This document shows, piece by piece, positions 1-9,782 of a stretch of 64,000 nucleotides of DNA. The notes under the pieces were generated by a model. That model saw nothing but the letters and a program-made list of their open reading frames with translations. It did no database searches and had not been told where the DNA came from. Numbering within the stretch: position 1 is the first letter of the stretch; each line of letters begins with the position of its first letter. The stretch is from an uncultured bacterium (GTDB lineage Bacteria > SAR324 > NAC60-12), in assembly GCA_965662235.1 (NCBI GenBank), contig CBFIGY010000005.1:1-64000 (forward strand), written 5' to 3'. The translations under genes and the position numbers were made by a program.

Positions 1-20
1 TCACAGCTTGGGCAATGCAT
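1..20 (-). CDS. 5' end of a gene running off the window (M-H-C-P-S-C..., possible zinc-ribbon start)
   Basis: Minus strand reads GAGGAG-AGTG-ATG CAT TGC CCA AGC TGT: a strong SD followed by a CxxC motif. Only 6 codons are visible. Confidence 0.35.
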
Positions 21-319
21 CACTCTCCTCGGTTGGGTGTAAATCAATGAAGTTCATCATGCAAAAATTGGACTACCAAAAAATTTATTTTATTTAAGAT
101 ATTTATCTTCATCTTATTTTCTCGGAAAATCTATCGATCCACTCAGGGCCATCAGGAATCTTCCAAAAAAATGCGCGATCCCTCCCTCCGGAGCCCCTCA
201 CGGACCACGAGTGCCCTCAACATAGCGCTCCGCCCCCCTCGACAGGCAACTCACCGTTGTTGTCCCCCAAGACGTCTGCCCTCCAGCGTCTGAACCTCCC
301 AAATCAGAGAAATTGAATT

Positions 320-365
320 AACGAAACCGGTTTCGTTTTTTGTGTTGACACCGAAACCGGTTTCG
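320..365. promoter_or_regulatory. Two LacI-type palindromic operators flanking a -35 box
   Basis: Perfect palindromes AACGAAACCGGTTTCGTT (320-337) and CGAAACCGGTTTCG (352-365), with TTGACA at 345-350, directly upstream of a LacI gene. Confidence 0.8.
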
Positions 366-399
366 ATAACAGTGAAAAACGTTTTGTCAGGAAGGAAGC

Positions 400-1425
400 A
401 TGAAGAAGGAAAGCGTCGATATCAACGATCTTGCCCTGCACCTAGGGCTTTCAAAGGCAACCGTCTCTCGGGCGCTGAATGGGTATGGGGACATTTCGGA
501 GAAGACGAAGGCGCGGGTGGCCGCAGCAGCAGAGCAGCTGGGATACCGTCCGTCCACCTCTGCTCGGCGTTTGGCGCTGCGGCAGACCGAAACGATTGGG
601 CTGGTTCTGCCTCCGGACGCCGGTGAGGTGTCTGGAATCTTCCTGACGGAATTCACTGCTGCGTTGGCGGACGGGCTCTCGCCAGAAGGGTTCGACCTTC
701 TGATTCACAGCAGCCTGTCGGATCCGGATCCTCTGGAGGGGTACCGGCGACTGGTGGAGGCGCGCAAGGTGGATGGCTTTGTCGTCATCCGGACCCGCGA
801 ACAGGACCCTCGCGTGGACTGGTTGCTGGAGCAGCGCATCCCGTTTGTCGCCCACGGACGCACCGCCCGGGCGGCAGAGCACGCCTGGTTCGACATTGAC
901 GGAGAAGCCGCCTTCCGAGAGGCGACTGAGCACCTGATTGGACTCAGGCACCGGCGCATCGCCATGATCACGGGAGGCAACCTGCTTTACTCCTCCGCGC
1001 TGCGGGAAGCGGGATTTCGGGGGGCCATGCAGGCTGCAGGGCTTCCGGTTCCAGACGCCTGGGTGCTCGAAGGGGACCTCAGCGGGCACTGCGGGTTCAC
1101 CCGTGGGCAGGAACTCTTCCGCGGTTCCGAACGTCCGACCGCCGTTGTGTGTGTGAACGACGCCACCGCCTTCGGGGTCATCAAGGCGGCCCGACATCAG
1201 GGGCTGCAGGTGCCCCAACAGGTCTCTGTCCTCGGCTATGACGGAGTTGCTTTGGGGGATCTCTTTGATCCTCCGCTCACCACCATGACACGCTCAATCG
1301 ATGAGTCCGGACGGGTGGTCGCACAGGCCCTGCTGAGTCTGATCCGAGGGGGAAACCCCTGTGAGCATCAGTCCCTGCAGCAGGCCGAGTTGCTTCAACG
1401 CGCCTCAATTGGTCCTGCTCCTTGA
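400..1425 (+). CDS. LacI-family transcriptional regulator
   Basis: N-terminal HTH INDLALHLGLSKATVSRALNG, hinge YRPSTSARRL, and sugar-binding domain (VLGYDG, PPLTT). Confidence 0.95.
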   Translation: MKKESVDINDLALHLGLSKATVSRALNGYGDISEKTKARVAAAAEQLGYRPSTSARRLALRQTETIGLVLPPDAGEVSGIFLTEFTAALADGLSPEGFDLLIHSSLSDPDPLEGYRRLVEARKVDGFVVIRTREQDPRVDWLLEQRIPFVAHGRTARAAEHAWFDIDGEAAFREATEHLIGLRHRRIAMITGGNLLYSSALREAGFRGAMQAAGLPVPDAWVLEGDLSGHCGFTRGQELFRGSERPTAVVCVNDATAFGVIKAARHQGLQVPQQVSVLGYDGVALGDLFDPPLTTMTRSIDESGRVVAQALLSLIRGGNPCEHQSLQQAELLQRASIGPAP

Positions 1426-1484
1426 GGCCTTTTTGCCCTGCTTCTCAACAGGAAGCACCATCTCACTCAAAAAGGGAGAGAACA

Positions 1485-2825
1485 ATGAAATCATTCCAGC
1501 ACTGGATGCTCGCCGGCGCCCTGGCGACGGTGTCCGCCCTGTCTGCTCAAGCAGCGGAGATTCGCTTCTGGACCACAGAAGAGCAACCGGAGCGCCTGGC
1601 CCGTCAGGAAGCCATGGCAGAGAGTTTCAAGAACAAAACCGGCGTGGAGGTTGAGGTGATTCCGATCACGGAGAAGGACCTGGGCACCCGCACCACTGCT
1701 GCGTTTGCTGCAGGGGACCTTCCGGATGTGATCTACCACACCCTCCAGTACGTGCTGCCGTGGGCCGAAGCCGGCATTCTCGACGGTGAGGCCGCAACCG
1801 ACGTCGTCTATGACCTCAAGAAGCAGACCTTTGCCCCAGGGGCACTGGGAATGGCATCTTTCGGAGGCGGCTATGCAGCCGTGCCGGTGGATGGCTGGAC
1901 GCAGATGATCGTGTACCGCAAGGACCTCTTTGAGCGACACGGCCTGCAGCCTCCGACCTCCTATGCTGCCATTGAGGCGGCCATCCAGAAGCTGCATGAG
2001 CCCCCCAACATGTACGGCTTTGTCGCAGCGACCAAGGTCGATGAGAACTTCATGAGCCAGGTCCTGGAGCATGTTCTCCTAGCCAACGGCATCCACCCTG
2101 TGGACGCCAACGGCAACATCCGCATTGATGACCAGAAGATGGTTGAGGCCCTGGAATTCTACAAGGTTCTTGCTGAAGCCAGCCCCGCGGGTGACCTCTA
2201 CTGGCAGCAGTCCCGGGAGCTCTACTTTGCCGGAAAGGCGGCCATGATCATCTGGTCTCCGTTCATCCTCGACGAGTTGGCCGGCCTGCGGGACTCGGCA
2301 CCGCCGACCATCAACAGCGACCCCACCACCCGGGAGTTGGCTCAGAAGACCGGCGTTGTCACCACCTTTGCTGGCCCCAGCAATCCGGAAGGCGCCGCTT
2401 GGGCGGACATGCGGTACTTCGGCATCACCTCTGATGCAGACACCGAAAACGCCATGGCCTTCATCAAGTACTGCATGGACGAGGGTTACATGAACACCCT
2501 GGCCATTGCCCCGGAAGGCAAGTTTCCGGTCCGCCGCGGTACCCCGGAAGACCCCAACAAGTTTGTCCGAGGCTGGTCGGAACTGCCGGTGGGTGTGGAC
2601 CGCAAGGCCCCGCTGCAGGACCTCTACCCAGAGGAAGTCATCAACTCCATTGTCGCAGGCCTAGAAACCGCGTCCCGCTGGGGCGTGAAGGAAGGGCAGC
2701 TCTCCACGGCATCGAAGGTCATCAACAGTCAGGTGATCAACCGCCGTGTCCGTGAGTTCATTGACGGCGAACGCGATGCTCAAGCCACCGTGACGCTCAT
2801 CCGTCAGGACCTCGAGCGGCTCTAA
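1485..2825 (+). CDS. Sugar/compatible-solute ABC transporter substrate-binding protein
   Basis: SD GGGAGAG before ATG 1485; signal peptide ending AQA; CUT1-type SBP motifs (AGDLPDV, YRKDLF). Confidence 0.9.
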   Translation: MKSFQHWMLAGALATVSALSAQAAEIRFWTTEEQPERLARQEAMAESFKNKTGVEVEVIPITEKDLGTRTTAAFAAGDLPDVIYHTLQYVLPWAEAGILDGEAATDVVYDLKKQTFAPGALGMASFGGGYAAVPVDGWTQMIVYRKDLFERHGLQPPTSYAAIEAAIQKLHEPPNMYGFVAATKVDENFMSQVLEHVLLANGIHPVDANGNIRIDDQKMVEALEFYKVLAEASPAGDLYWQQSRELYFAGKAAMIIWSPFILDELAGLRDSAPPTINSDPTTRELAQKTGVVTTFAGPSNPEGAAWADMRYFGITSDADTENAMAFIKYCMDEGYMNTLAIAPEGKFPVRRGTPEDPNKFVRGWSELPVGVDRKAPLQDLYPEEVINSIVAGLETASRWGVKEGQLSTASKVINSQVINRRVREFIDGERDAQATVTLIRQDLERL

Positions 2826-2842
2826 CCCCTTCATCTGCAAAC

Positions 2843-2864
2843 GGGGAAGCCCCTCGGCTTCCCC
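2843..2864 (+). other. Intergenic stem-loop after the SBP gene (likely mRNA stabiliser or attenuator)
   Basis: GGGGAAGCC-CCTC-GGCTTCCCC, a 9-bp stem with no U-tract. Confidence 0.6.
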
Positions 2865-2879
2865 CCACCCGTCTTCCGC

Positions 2880-4148
2880 ATGCGCAACCTTTCTCCCCTA
2901 GCTCGTCTGGAAGCCCGCTTGGCGCTGGTGCTGCTTCTGCCCACGTTGCTGATTGTGCTCTCCATTGTCGTGGTGCCGGTGCTGGCCAACTTCTGGATCA
3001 GCTTCAAGCCGGTGGAGCTCGGGGACCTGCGTCCTCCGGAGCCCATCGTCAAGGAGCAGATCCGCAAGCGTCCCCAGCAGCCAGGGGAGGTGCTGGTGCT
3101 GCGCTACAACCTGCGCGGCTCCAATCCCACCAAGGCCGTTGAGCAGGTGCGCCTGCAAGACACCCTTCCTGCCGGGCTCACTCCTCGGGACCTAGATGAA
3201 CGCTGCACCCTGCAGGGACGGATCCTGAGCTGTGACCTAGGCAACTGGGAACCCGGGTTCCGGGAGCGCCTGACCCTGCAGCTGGTGGCCGATGCCACTT
3301 ACTTGGAAAACGCTGTGGAGCCCACGGATTCCAAGCCCTTGATTCAGGGAGAGGCAGAAAACATTCTCACCAACTGGACCTTCACCCTCGACAACTACCG
3401 GCGCATTTTTGACGATCCCGATTTCTGGCCGGTGCTGCGGGTGACCTTCCTCTACACCCTCTTCGGAACCCTAGGGTCCTTGTTTCTTGGGCTCTTTGCA
3501 GCCCAGCTGATGAACCAAAATTTCAAGGGACGGGGCTTTCTGAGGGGGCTGTTTCTGTTTCCCTACGTGTCTCCGGTGATTGCGGTTTCATTCGCTTGGG
3601 TGTTCCTGCTCAACCCCTTTTCGGGGACTCTGAATGCCCTAGGCCTGAAGCTCGGGCTGTTGCAGGAACCACTCAACCTCTTTGGGCAACGGATCGCGCA
3701 GATTGACCTCTTTGGGCTATCGTTTGACTTTCCGGTAGCGCTGACCACCGTGATTGTGTTTGAGTCCTGGCGTTACTTCCCTCTGGCGTTTCTCTTCATT
3801 TTGGCCCGTTTCCAAGCGATTCCTCAGGAAATGTATGAAGCCGCCCGTGTTGATGGAGCCTCACCGCTGCAGCAGTTTTACTACATCACCCTGCCTCAGC
3901 TGGTCGGCATCCTCTCGGTGATGTTCCTCCTGCGGTTCATCTGGACCTTCAACAAGTTTGACGACATCTTCCTGCTCACCGGGGGCAACGCAGGCACCCG
4001 GACCCTGACGGTCAACGTGTATGAGCAGGGCTTTGCCCTGGCCAACCTTGGAGCGGGCTCAGCCGTGTCTGTGGTGATCTTTGCGGCGCTGGCCGTGTTC
4101 CTTTTGGTGTACTTCCGCTACGCTCCTCAGGGAGAAGACGATGCGTGA
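2880..4148 (+). CDS. Carbohydrate ABC permease (MalF-like) with an inserted Ig-like/DUF11-like domain
   Basis: EAA motif MYEAARVDGAS, multiple TM helices, and a soluble insert containing DTLPAGL...CDLG. Confidence 0.9.
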   Translation: MRNLSPLARLEARLALVLLLPTLLIVLSIVVVPVLANFWISFKPVELGDLRPPEPIVKEQIRKRPQQPGEVLVLRYNLRGSNPTKAVEQVRLQDTLPAGLTPRDLDERCTLQGRILSCDLGNWEPGFRERLTLQLVADATYLENAVEPTDSKPLIQGEAENILTNWTFTLDNYRRIFDDPDFWPVLRVTFLYTLFGTLGSLFLGLFAAQLMNQNFKGRGFLRGLFLFPYVSPVIAVSFAWVFLLNPFSGTLNALGLKLGLLQEPLNLFGQRIAQIDLFGLSFDFPVALTTVIVFESWRYFPLAFLFILARFQAIPQEMYEAARVDGASPLQQFYYITLPQLVGILSVMFLLRFIWTFNKFDDIFLLTGGNAGTRTLTVNVYEQGFALANLGAGSAVSVVIFAALAVFLLVYFRYAPQGEDDA

Positions 4149-5373
4149 GGCACGCTGGGTTCCGGTTTTGGGAGGAATGATGGGCGGAGTCGCAGCCGGG
4201 GTCGCCGCTTTGGTGTGGGGCCTCGCCGCGCTGTTCAGTGGCCTGGAACCGGTCACGATGCCTCTGACCGCTGCGTTCCTGGCCGGCCTCCTGGCAGGCG
4301 CCTTGGGCGTGTTCCGCGGAGTCACGGTTCCGTGGCCACAGGGGCTGCTTCCGGGCTGGATGGCTGGCAGCGGGCTGTTTCTCATCCTCACCGGTTTTGT
4401 CCCCTGGGCTCTTGCTCCTGAAGCACACCCCCTGTGGGTGGGACTGGGGACATTGCTGGTTTCAGGCATGGCCGCGCTGATGGCTCGCATGGGCCTCCGG
4501 GGATTGCCCCTGCAGGTGCTCGATCGGAACCTGCTGGAGACGCTGCTGATCCGGACCCTCCGGGCCGTGGGGCTGCTCTTCTTCACCACCATTGTGGCCT
4601 TCCCGTTCTACTTCATGGTGGTGACCAGCCTGAAGTCGCAGATGAGCCTGCTGGCGAATCCGGTGGACCTGAGCCTCAGCCTGGAGGCTGGGTGGTCCGA
4701 ACTCTTCCGGGCCTACACCGAGGTCTGGCACACCTTCAAGTTCAAGCAGTTTGTCTGGGTCAGTACCTTTGTGTCGTTCACCACAGTCGTCATCACCCTC
4801 ACCCTCTCCATCCTTGGCGCCTATGCGGTGGCGCGACTCCGGTTTCCGGGACGAGCCTGGATGGCTCGGTCGATCCTCCTGATCTACATGTTCCCGGCGA
4901 TCGTCCTAGTGATTCCGCTTTACAGCGTCTTCAGTCAGCTGGGGCTACGGGACAGCCTAGCAGGGCTGCTCATTGTCTATCCGGCGTCAACGCTTCCGGT
5001 GGCGCTCTACATGCTCAAGGGGTACTTCACCAACCTGCCTGCAGAGCTGGAAGAGGCCGGGCTGATGGACGGCTGTAGCCGGCTGGGAGTGATCTGGCGC
5101 ATCACCCTGCCGCTCAGCCTGCCTGCCATTGCCTCCGTTGGCCTGTACGTCTTCATGATCGCTTGGAACGAATTCCTGTTCGCCTTCATGTTTTTGGATG
5201 ATCCCAGTATCTTTACGCTCCCTCGGGGCATGGTATCGCTCAACAGCTCAGAGGTTCCCCGACAGTACCTTATGGCAGGCGCCGTCATGGTGACGGTTCC
5301 CGTGATGGTGCTGTTTTTCTGGTTTGAAAAATACCTGGTTTCCGGACTCACCGCCGGAAGTGTGAAGGGATGA
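4141..5373 (+). CDS. Carbohydrate ABC permease (MalG-like) with extra N-terminal TM helices
   Basis: EAA motif LEEAGLMDGCS, AWNEFLFA, and C-terminal GLTAGSVKG. ATG 4141 overlaps the upstream gene. Confidence 0.9.
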   Translation: MREARWVPVLGGMMGGVAAGVAALVWGLAALFSGLEPVTMPLTAAFLAGLLAGALGVFRGVTVPWPQGLLPGWMAGSGLFLILTGFVPWALAPEAHPLWVGLGTLLVSGMAALMARMGLRGLPLQVLDRNLLETLLIRTLRAVGLLFFTTIVAFPFYFMVVTSLKSQMSLLANPVDLSLSLEAGWSELFRAYTEVWHTFKFKQFVWVSTFVSFTTVVITLTLSILGAYAVARLRFPGRAWMARSILLIYMFPAIVLVIPLYSVFSQLGLRDSLAGLLIVYPASTLPVALYMLKGYFTNLPAELEEAGLMDGCSRLGVIWRITLPLSLPAIASVGLYVFMIAWNEFLFAFMFLDDPSIFTLPRGMVSLNSSEVPRQYLMAGAVMVTVPVMVLFFWFEKYLVSGLTAGSVKG

Positions 5374-6686
5374 AAGAACGAATGGTCACATCTGCTCTCT
5401 TTGACGCGGCCTGTGAGATTTTGCAGGAAAATGATCGCGGCACCTACACGGTTCCCACCAAGGGGCTCTATCCCTTTCAGTGGAACTGGGATTCCTGCCT
5501 GACAGCCCTTGGGCAGCGGCACATGGATGAAGCTCGGGCCTGGCGTGAGATTGCCACGCTGCTGGAACACCAGTGGCCTGACGGCATGGTTCCGCACATC
5601 GTCTTTCACCAAGACGATGATGGCTACTTTCCGGGGCCTCAGGTTTGGAACACCAAGCGTCCCACTCCCACTTCGGGCATCACCCAGCCTCCGGTGCTCG
5701 GGTTTGTGCTGCGTCGTCTGTTTGAGCAGGCTCAGGACCGGGCTTTGGCAAAGGAGCAGCTGCAGCACCTGCTTCCTAAAGCCGTTCAGTGGCACCGCTG
5801 GTTCTTCACCTGTCGTGACCCCCAGGGCACCGGACTGGTCGCGCTTCTGCACCCCTGGGAGTCTGGACGGGACAATTCGGTGGACTGGGATGTCGCCTTC
5901 CAAAGCGTCCCGACTGAAGGAGTTCAGCCGTACGTCCGCCGAGACACCCAGCACGTCAATGCGGCACAACGCCCAACGCAGGAGGAGTACGACCGCTACC
6001 TCTGGCTTGTTCAGCACTTCCGGCACCTGGGCTGGGACAATACCCGCCTGCATGACGCCTCACCGTTCCGGGTGGTGGACCCCGGTTTCAACGCCATTCT
6101 GCTGCGTTCAGAGAAGGACCTCGCCTGGCTGGCAGAGCAGCTAGGACAATCCGCCCTGGTGACGGAGATCAATGCTCGGATCGCCGTCACAGAACAGGCG
6201 TTTGCGTCTCTGTGGAACGCCGAGCACGGACAGTATCAGGCTTTTGACCGGTGCCGTGGACAGCGGGTGGCGTCCCTCTCCATTGCTGGGGTGCTGCCCC
6301 TGTTTGCCGGAGTGGGGCGTCCGGAACAGCAGCAGGCTCTGGCCGCACGCGTCACCACGTTGCGGCAACAGGTCCAGTACGGCGTCCCCAGCCACGATCC
6401 TGCAGACACCCGCTTTGACGCCAAACGCTACTGGCGGGGTCCGGTTTGGCTCATCATGAACTACATGGTCTGGGACGGACTGGCCCAAAACGGGTTTCCG
6501 GAAGCGGCACAGCAGGTGGTGGACGACAGCCTGGCCCTCATCCGGAACAGTGGCTTTGCCGAGTACTACGACCCACTGGACGGCACTCCGTGCGGAGGAA
6601 ACCGGTTCACCTGGACCGCCGCCATGGTGCTGGAGTTCCTCAAAGCATCTCCTCAAGAACCTGTGGTCTCTCCTCAGGCCGCCTGA
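5370..6686 (+). CDS. GH63-type glycoside hydrolase (glucosylglycerate/mannosylglycerate hydrolase-like)
   Basis: Motifs LYPFQWNWDS, TSGITQPPV, HPWESGRDNS, YWRGPVW, FAEYYDP. Confidence 0.85.
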   Translation: MKERMVTSALFDAACEILQENDRGTYTVPTKGLYPFQWNWDSCLTALGQRHMDEARAWREIATLLEHQWPDGMVPHIVFHQDDDGYFPGPQVWNTKRPTPTSGITQPPVLGFVLRRLFEQAQDRALAKEQLQHLLPKAVQWHRWFFTCRDPQGTGLVALLHPWESGRDNSVDWDVAFQSVPTEGVQPYVRRDTQHVNAAQRPTQEEYDRYLWLVQHFRHLGWDNTRLHDASPFRVVDPGFNAILLRSEKDLAWLAEQLGQSALVTEINARIAVTEQAFASLWNAEHGQYQAFDRCRGQRVASLSIAGVLPLFAGVGRPEQQQALAARVTTLRQQVQYGVPSHDPADTRFDAKRYWRGPVWLIMNYMVWDGLAQNGFPEAAQQVVDDSLALIRNSGFAEYYDPLDGTPCGGNRFTWTAAMVLEFLKASPQEPVVSPQAA

Positions 6687-6819
6687 ACGGGGCGCACGTC
6701 GGAGGAGCCTTCACCGGAGCGCGGGGAGTTTTTTTTGAAGTAGGGGAGCGAGAGAGAAGGGGAAGGTTCAGCGACGCTGGTCAGAACGCCATACGCCGTT
6801 GAACCTCAGAGCCGAAGCC

Positions 6820-7779
6820 TCAGGGGCAGTCGCTTGAAAGCTTGGGGTGAGTGGACTGAGGCGCCAGAAAGACGGTCGCCGCAGCGTCACTGGCCTCAGC
6901 CGCTCCTTGCTTGGCCCGGAGCAGGCAGTCTTCCACGTCTTGCTTGATGCCATTGCAGATCTTCACGATCGGGAGGTCATTCGGGTCGTCTCCAAACGGG
7001 TCCTCAATCTCAATTCCGATCTCCTCAATTCCCACCATGGCGTACATCGTAAAGATCATCGCAAACACGGTTCCCCACCCAAAGGACGGAATCAGCACAA
7101 ACGGCAGGGTCAGGAAGTAAATCAGCATGAACACCTTGAGCTGATTCACATAGGCAAACGGCATCGGTGTGAAGCGGATGCGGTCCAAGGCCCGCAGCAC
7201 CCCCTGCAGCTCGTCAATCGACGCGTTGAAGGTGCCCATTTCCGGAGGGTGCATCCACTTTTTGGCAATGCAGTCGTGCAGCTTGTCGCTGAGCGTGCAG
7301 AGCACTCCGTTGATGGGATTGTGGTGCCGAGCCACCTGCTGCTGCAGGTCCGCGGACAGCCGCTGTGGGTCCTGGTTTTCCTCCTCACGCAGGTGGTCCT
7401 TCACGTCCACCACAAAGGTGTTGAGCAGCGCTGCGATGTCTTCCCGGACTCGGGTCTCTGTGCCCGGAATGACCGCGTTGGCTTTGATCGCTAGGTTACG
7501 GGCGGCAATGCCCAGAGTCCCCAGCTGCTTGCGGCCCTCCCAAAAACGGTCATAGGAGGTGTTGGTCCGGAACACCAGCATCAGGCCTAGGGCTACTCCC
7601 ACAGTGGCGTGTGCCTGCGGTCCCATCTCAAAACCAAAGGTGCCAAAGTAGTCGTAAATCAGCAGCAGGAGAACGGTCCAGACGGAAAGCGTTGCCACGT
7701 AGGCGAGCACCGAAGGCATCACCGTGCCGTGTACAGAAAAAATGACCTGGAAGCGGTTGGAGGGATCGTATTCAATCAT
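6820..7779 (-). CDS. Bestrophin-family anion channel
   Basis: FRTNTSYDRFWEGR, TPMPFAY and EIEDPFGDDPNDLP signatures. Confidence 0.92.
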   Translation of the reverse strand: MIEYDPSNRFQVIFSVHGTVMPSVLAYVATLSVWTVLLLLIYDYFGTFGFEMGPQAHATVGVALGLMLVFRTNTSYDRFWEGRKQLGTLGIAARNLAIKANAVIPGTETRVREDIAALLNTFVVDVKDHLREEENQDPQRLSADLQQQVARHHNPINGVLCTLSDKLHDCIAKKWMHPPEMGTFNASIDELQGVLRALDRIRFTPMPFAYVNQLKVFMLIYFLTLPFVLIPSFGWGTVFAMIFTMYAMVGIEEIGIEIEDPFGDDPNDLPIVKICNGIKQDVEDCLLRAKQGAAEASDAAATVFLAPQSTHPKLSSDCP

Positions 7780-8043
7780 GATTGGTAGGAAACACTAGAA
7801 AAGTTGTCAATCGTCAGGCAACCGCAATTTTGCCAAAAGCACTTATAAACTCAAGGCATTCGCCAATTATTTTTGGCGAGGCTTCCACCGGAGCGGACAA
7901 ATCCAAGGACGTTGTTAGGAAATAAAAATAATTGATTCCGGAAAAAATTCCGCAAGCAGGCGAGCGCGCAACCGTCTGGGGATGGTACCTGAGGGAGCGC
8001 GTCTGAACACGTTCCCTCGGGTGCCGGAAAGGGCGGGTGGCGT

Positions 8044-8853
8044 TCAGGAACCTAGAGATTTTTTAGGGAACCACGGAAGGAAGGCGGAGGTCGTGGCCAC
8101 ATACTCCCGGTACTGCGGCTTGGTCTCCACTAGGGTCTGCTCCAGCAGAAAGACTCCGGACACCCGGATGATCAGAGCGATCATCAGCACGGCTCCGTAA
8201 GCCGGCCAGTACAGTCCACCTCCGAAGCAGAGGAAGGTGTACCCGACCCACATTGCGGAGTCGCCAAAGTAGTTGGGGTGCCGGGTGTAGCGCCAGAAGC
8301 CGACGTTGCACACCTTCCCCTTGTTTTCCGGGTTGGCCTTGAAGCGCGCCATCTGGTAGTCTCCTCCGGCTTCAAAGGCGAACCCGATCAACCACACGAG
8401 CACCCCCAGGGCATCCCAAACGCCCAGCGGCGCTGTTTCCGGAACACTGGCGGTGAGCATCGCTCCCAAAATGGGCGGCGAAATGAGCCACACCAGCACC
8501 CCCTGTAGCAGGAACACCGAAAAGAAGCTGTACCACCAGTATCCGGGCCCAAAGTCCTTGCGAAACTGTGCATACCGGAAGTCTTCGCCATGTCCGGCGT
8601 TGCGCCAGAAGATGTAAAGCGACAGGCGCAGTCCCCAAATGGTGACTAGGGCGAGGATCAGGAAACGTCGTGGGGACTCCCCGGACGTGGTGGCCCAGTA
8701 CACCACTGCCGCCAGCACAAATCCCATGCCCCAGAAACTATCGATGATGCTGACGTTGCGGATGGGAAGGCTCGCCAGCCACAACAAGGTGACAGCGGCC
8801 ACCACCACCGGCAGTGCCGGCCACCAGGCGTTCCAGAATGCGGAAAACTCCAT
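8044..8853 (-). CDS. DUF1295 / steroid 5-alpha-reductase-like membrane protein
   Basis: SIIDSFW, WGLRL, EDFRY, WRYTRHPNYFG. Start chosen at ATG 8853; 8862 is also possible. Confidence 0.88.
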   Translation of the reverse strand: MEFSAFWNAWWPALPVVVAAVTLLWLASLPIRNVSIIDSFWGMGFVLAAVVYWATTSGESPRRFLILALVTIWGLRLSLYIFWRNAGHGEDFRYAQFRKDFGPGYWWYSFFSVFLLQGVLVWLISPPILGAMLTASVPETAPLGVWDALGVLVWLIGFAFEAGGDYQMARFKANPENKGKVCNVGFWRYTRHPNYFGDSAMWVGYTFLCFGGGLYWPAYGAVLMIALIIRVSGVFLLEQTLVETKPQYREYVATTSAFLPWFPKKSLGS

Positions 8854-9029
8854 GACTTCCATAACTCGACTCGGCAGGACAAGGCTCAGAGGTGCAGGTA
8901 CCGAATTGCCCTGCTCACAGGCCCCTTGTCTTTCAATCGGATTCTTGACATCTTCACACCTCTGCTGAAAGGTGAAAGCAGAGGGACTTATCAAATTGTA
9001 AAACTCGATTCATCTGCCACGGACCCCTG

Positions 9030-9782
9030 ATGCCTCAACCCCTTGCCCTGGAAGTAGACGAACTCTCCTTTCGCTACGGAACACGGGTCGCCCTGGACTC
9101 GGTTTCCTTTCACCTGGAGCCCGGACGCTTTACCGTCCTGCTGGGTCAGAACGGAGCAGGAAAGACCACGCTGTTTTCCCTGATCACCCACCTTTACAAC
9201 ACCCAGTCGGGATCCGTCCGGATCTTCGGACATGACGTCCGCCGCGCCTCGGCAGAAGCCCTCAAGCGCCTAGGGGTCGTCTTTCAGCAGCGGACCCTGG
9301 ACATGGACCTGACGATTCAGCAGAACCTCATGTACTTCACGGCGCTGCACGGGATGCGACGCTCCGAAGCTCAGCACCGGATCACTCAGGAGCTCGAACG
9401 CATTGGGCTTGCCGATCGACGGCACGACAAGGTCCGCAAACTCAGTGGGGGTCAACTGAGGCGGGTTGAGATCGCCCGGTCCCTGCTGCACCGTCCGCAG
9501 CTGTTGCTGCTGGATGAGCCCACGGTTGGGCTCGACCTTGCCAGCCGACAGGCCATCCTTGACCACGCTCGGACCCTCTGCCGGGAGGAGCAGCTGACCC
9601 TGCTCTGGGCCACGCACCTGATTGATGAGGTCGCAGACGACGACCAAGTCCTGGTGCTGCACCAGGGCCAGCGCCACGCCTTCGGGTCGGTCTCTGAGGT
9701 GCTGGAGTCCACACAAACCACCACCATCCGGGACGCCTTTCAGCAGCTGACCGGAATGAAGCCTCAACGGAGCGAATCGTGA
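9030..9782 (+). CDS. ABC ATP-binding protein of the PQQ-alcohol-dehydrogenase-associated type (PedB/LutE-like)
   Basis: Walker A GQNGAGKT, LGVVFQQRTLDMDL, LSGGQ, LWATHL. Confidence 0.85.
   Translation: MPQPLALEVDELSFRYGTRVALDSVSFHLEPGRFTVLLGQNGAGKTTLFSLITHLYNTQSGSVRIFGHDVRRASAEALKRLGVVFQQRTLDMDLTIQQNLMYFTALHGMRRSEAQHRITQELERIGLADRRHDKVRKLSGGQLRRVEIARSLLHRPQLLLLDEPTVGLDLASRQAILDHARTLCREEQLTLLWATHLIDEVADDDQVLVLHQGQRHAFGSVSEVLESTQTTTIRDAFQQLTGMKPQRSES

Noticed and set aside
7860..7879. TCGCCAA-N6-TTGGCGA inverted repeat upstream of bestrophin
   Set aside because: A single short repeat; I cannot distinguish operator, terminator or chance.
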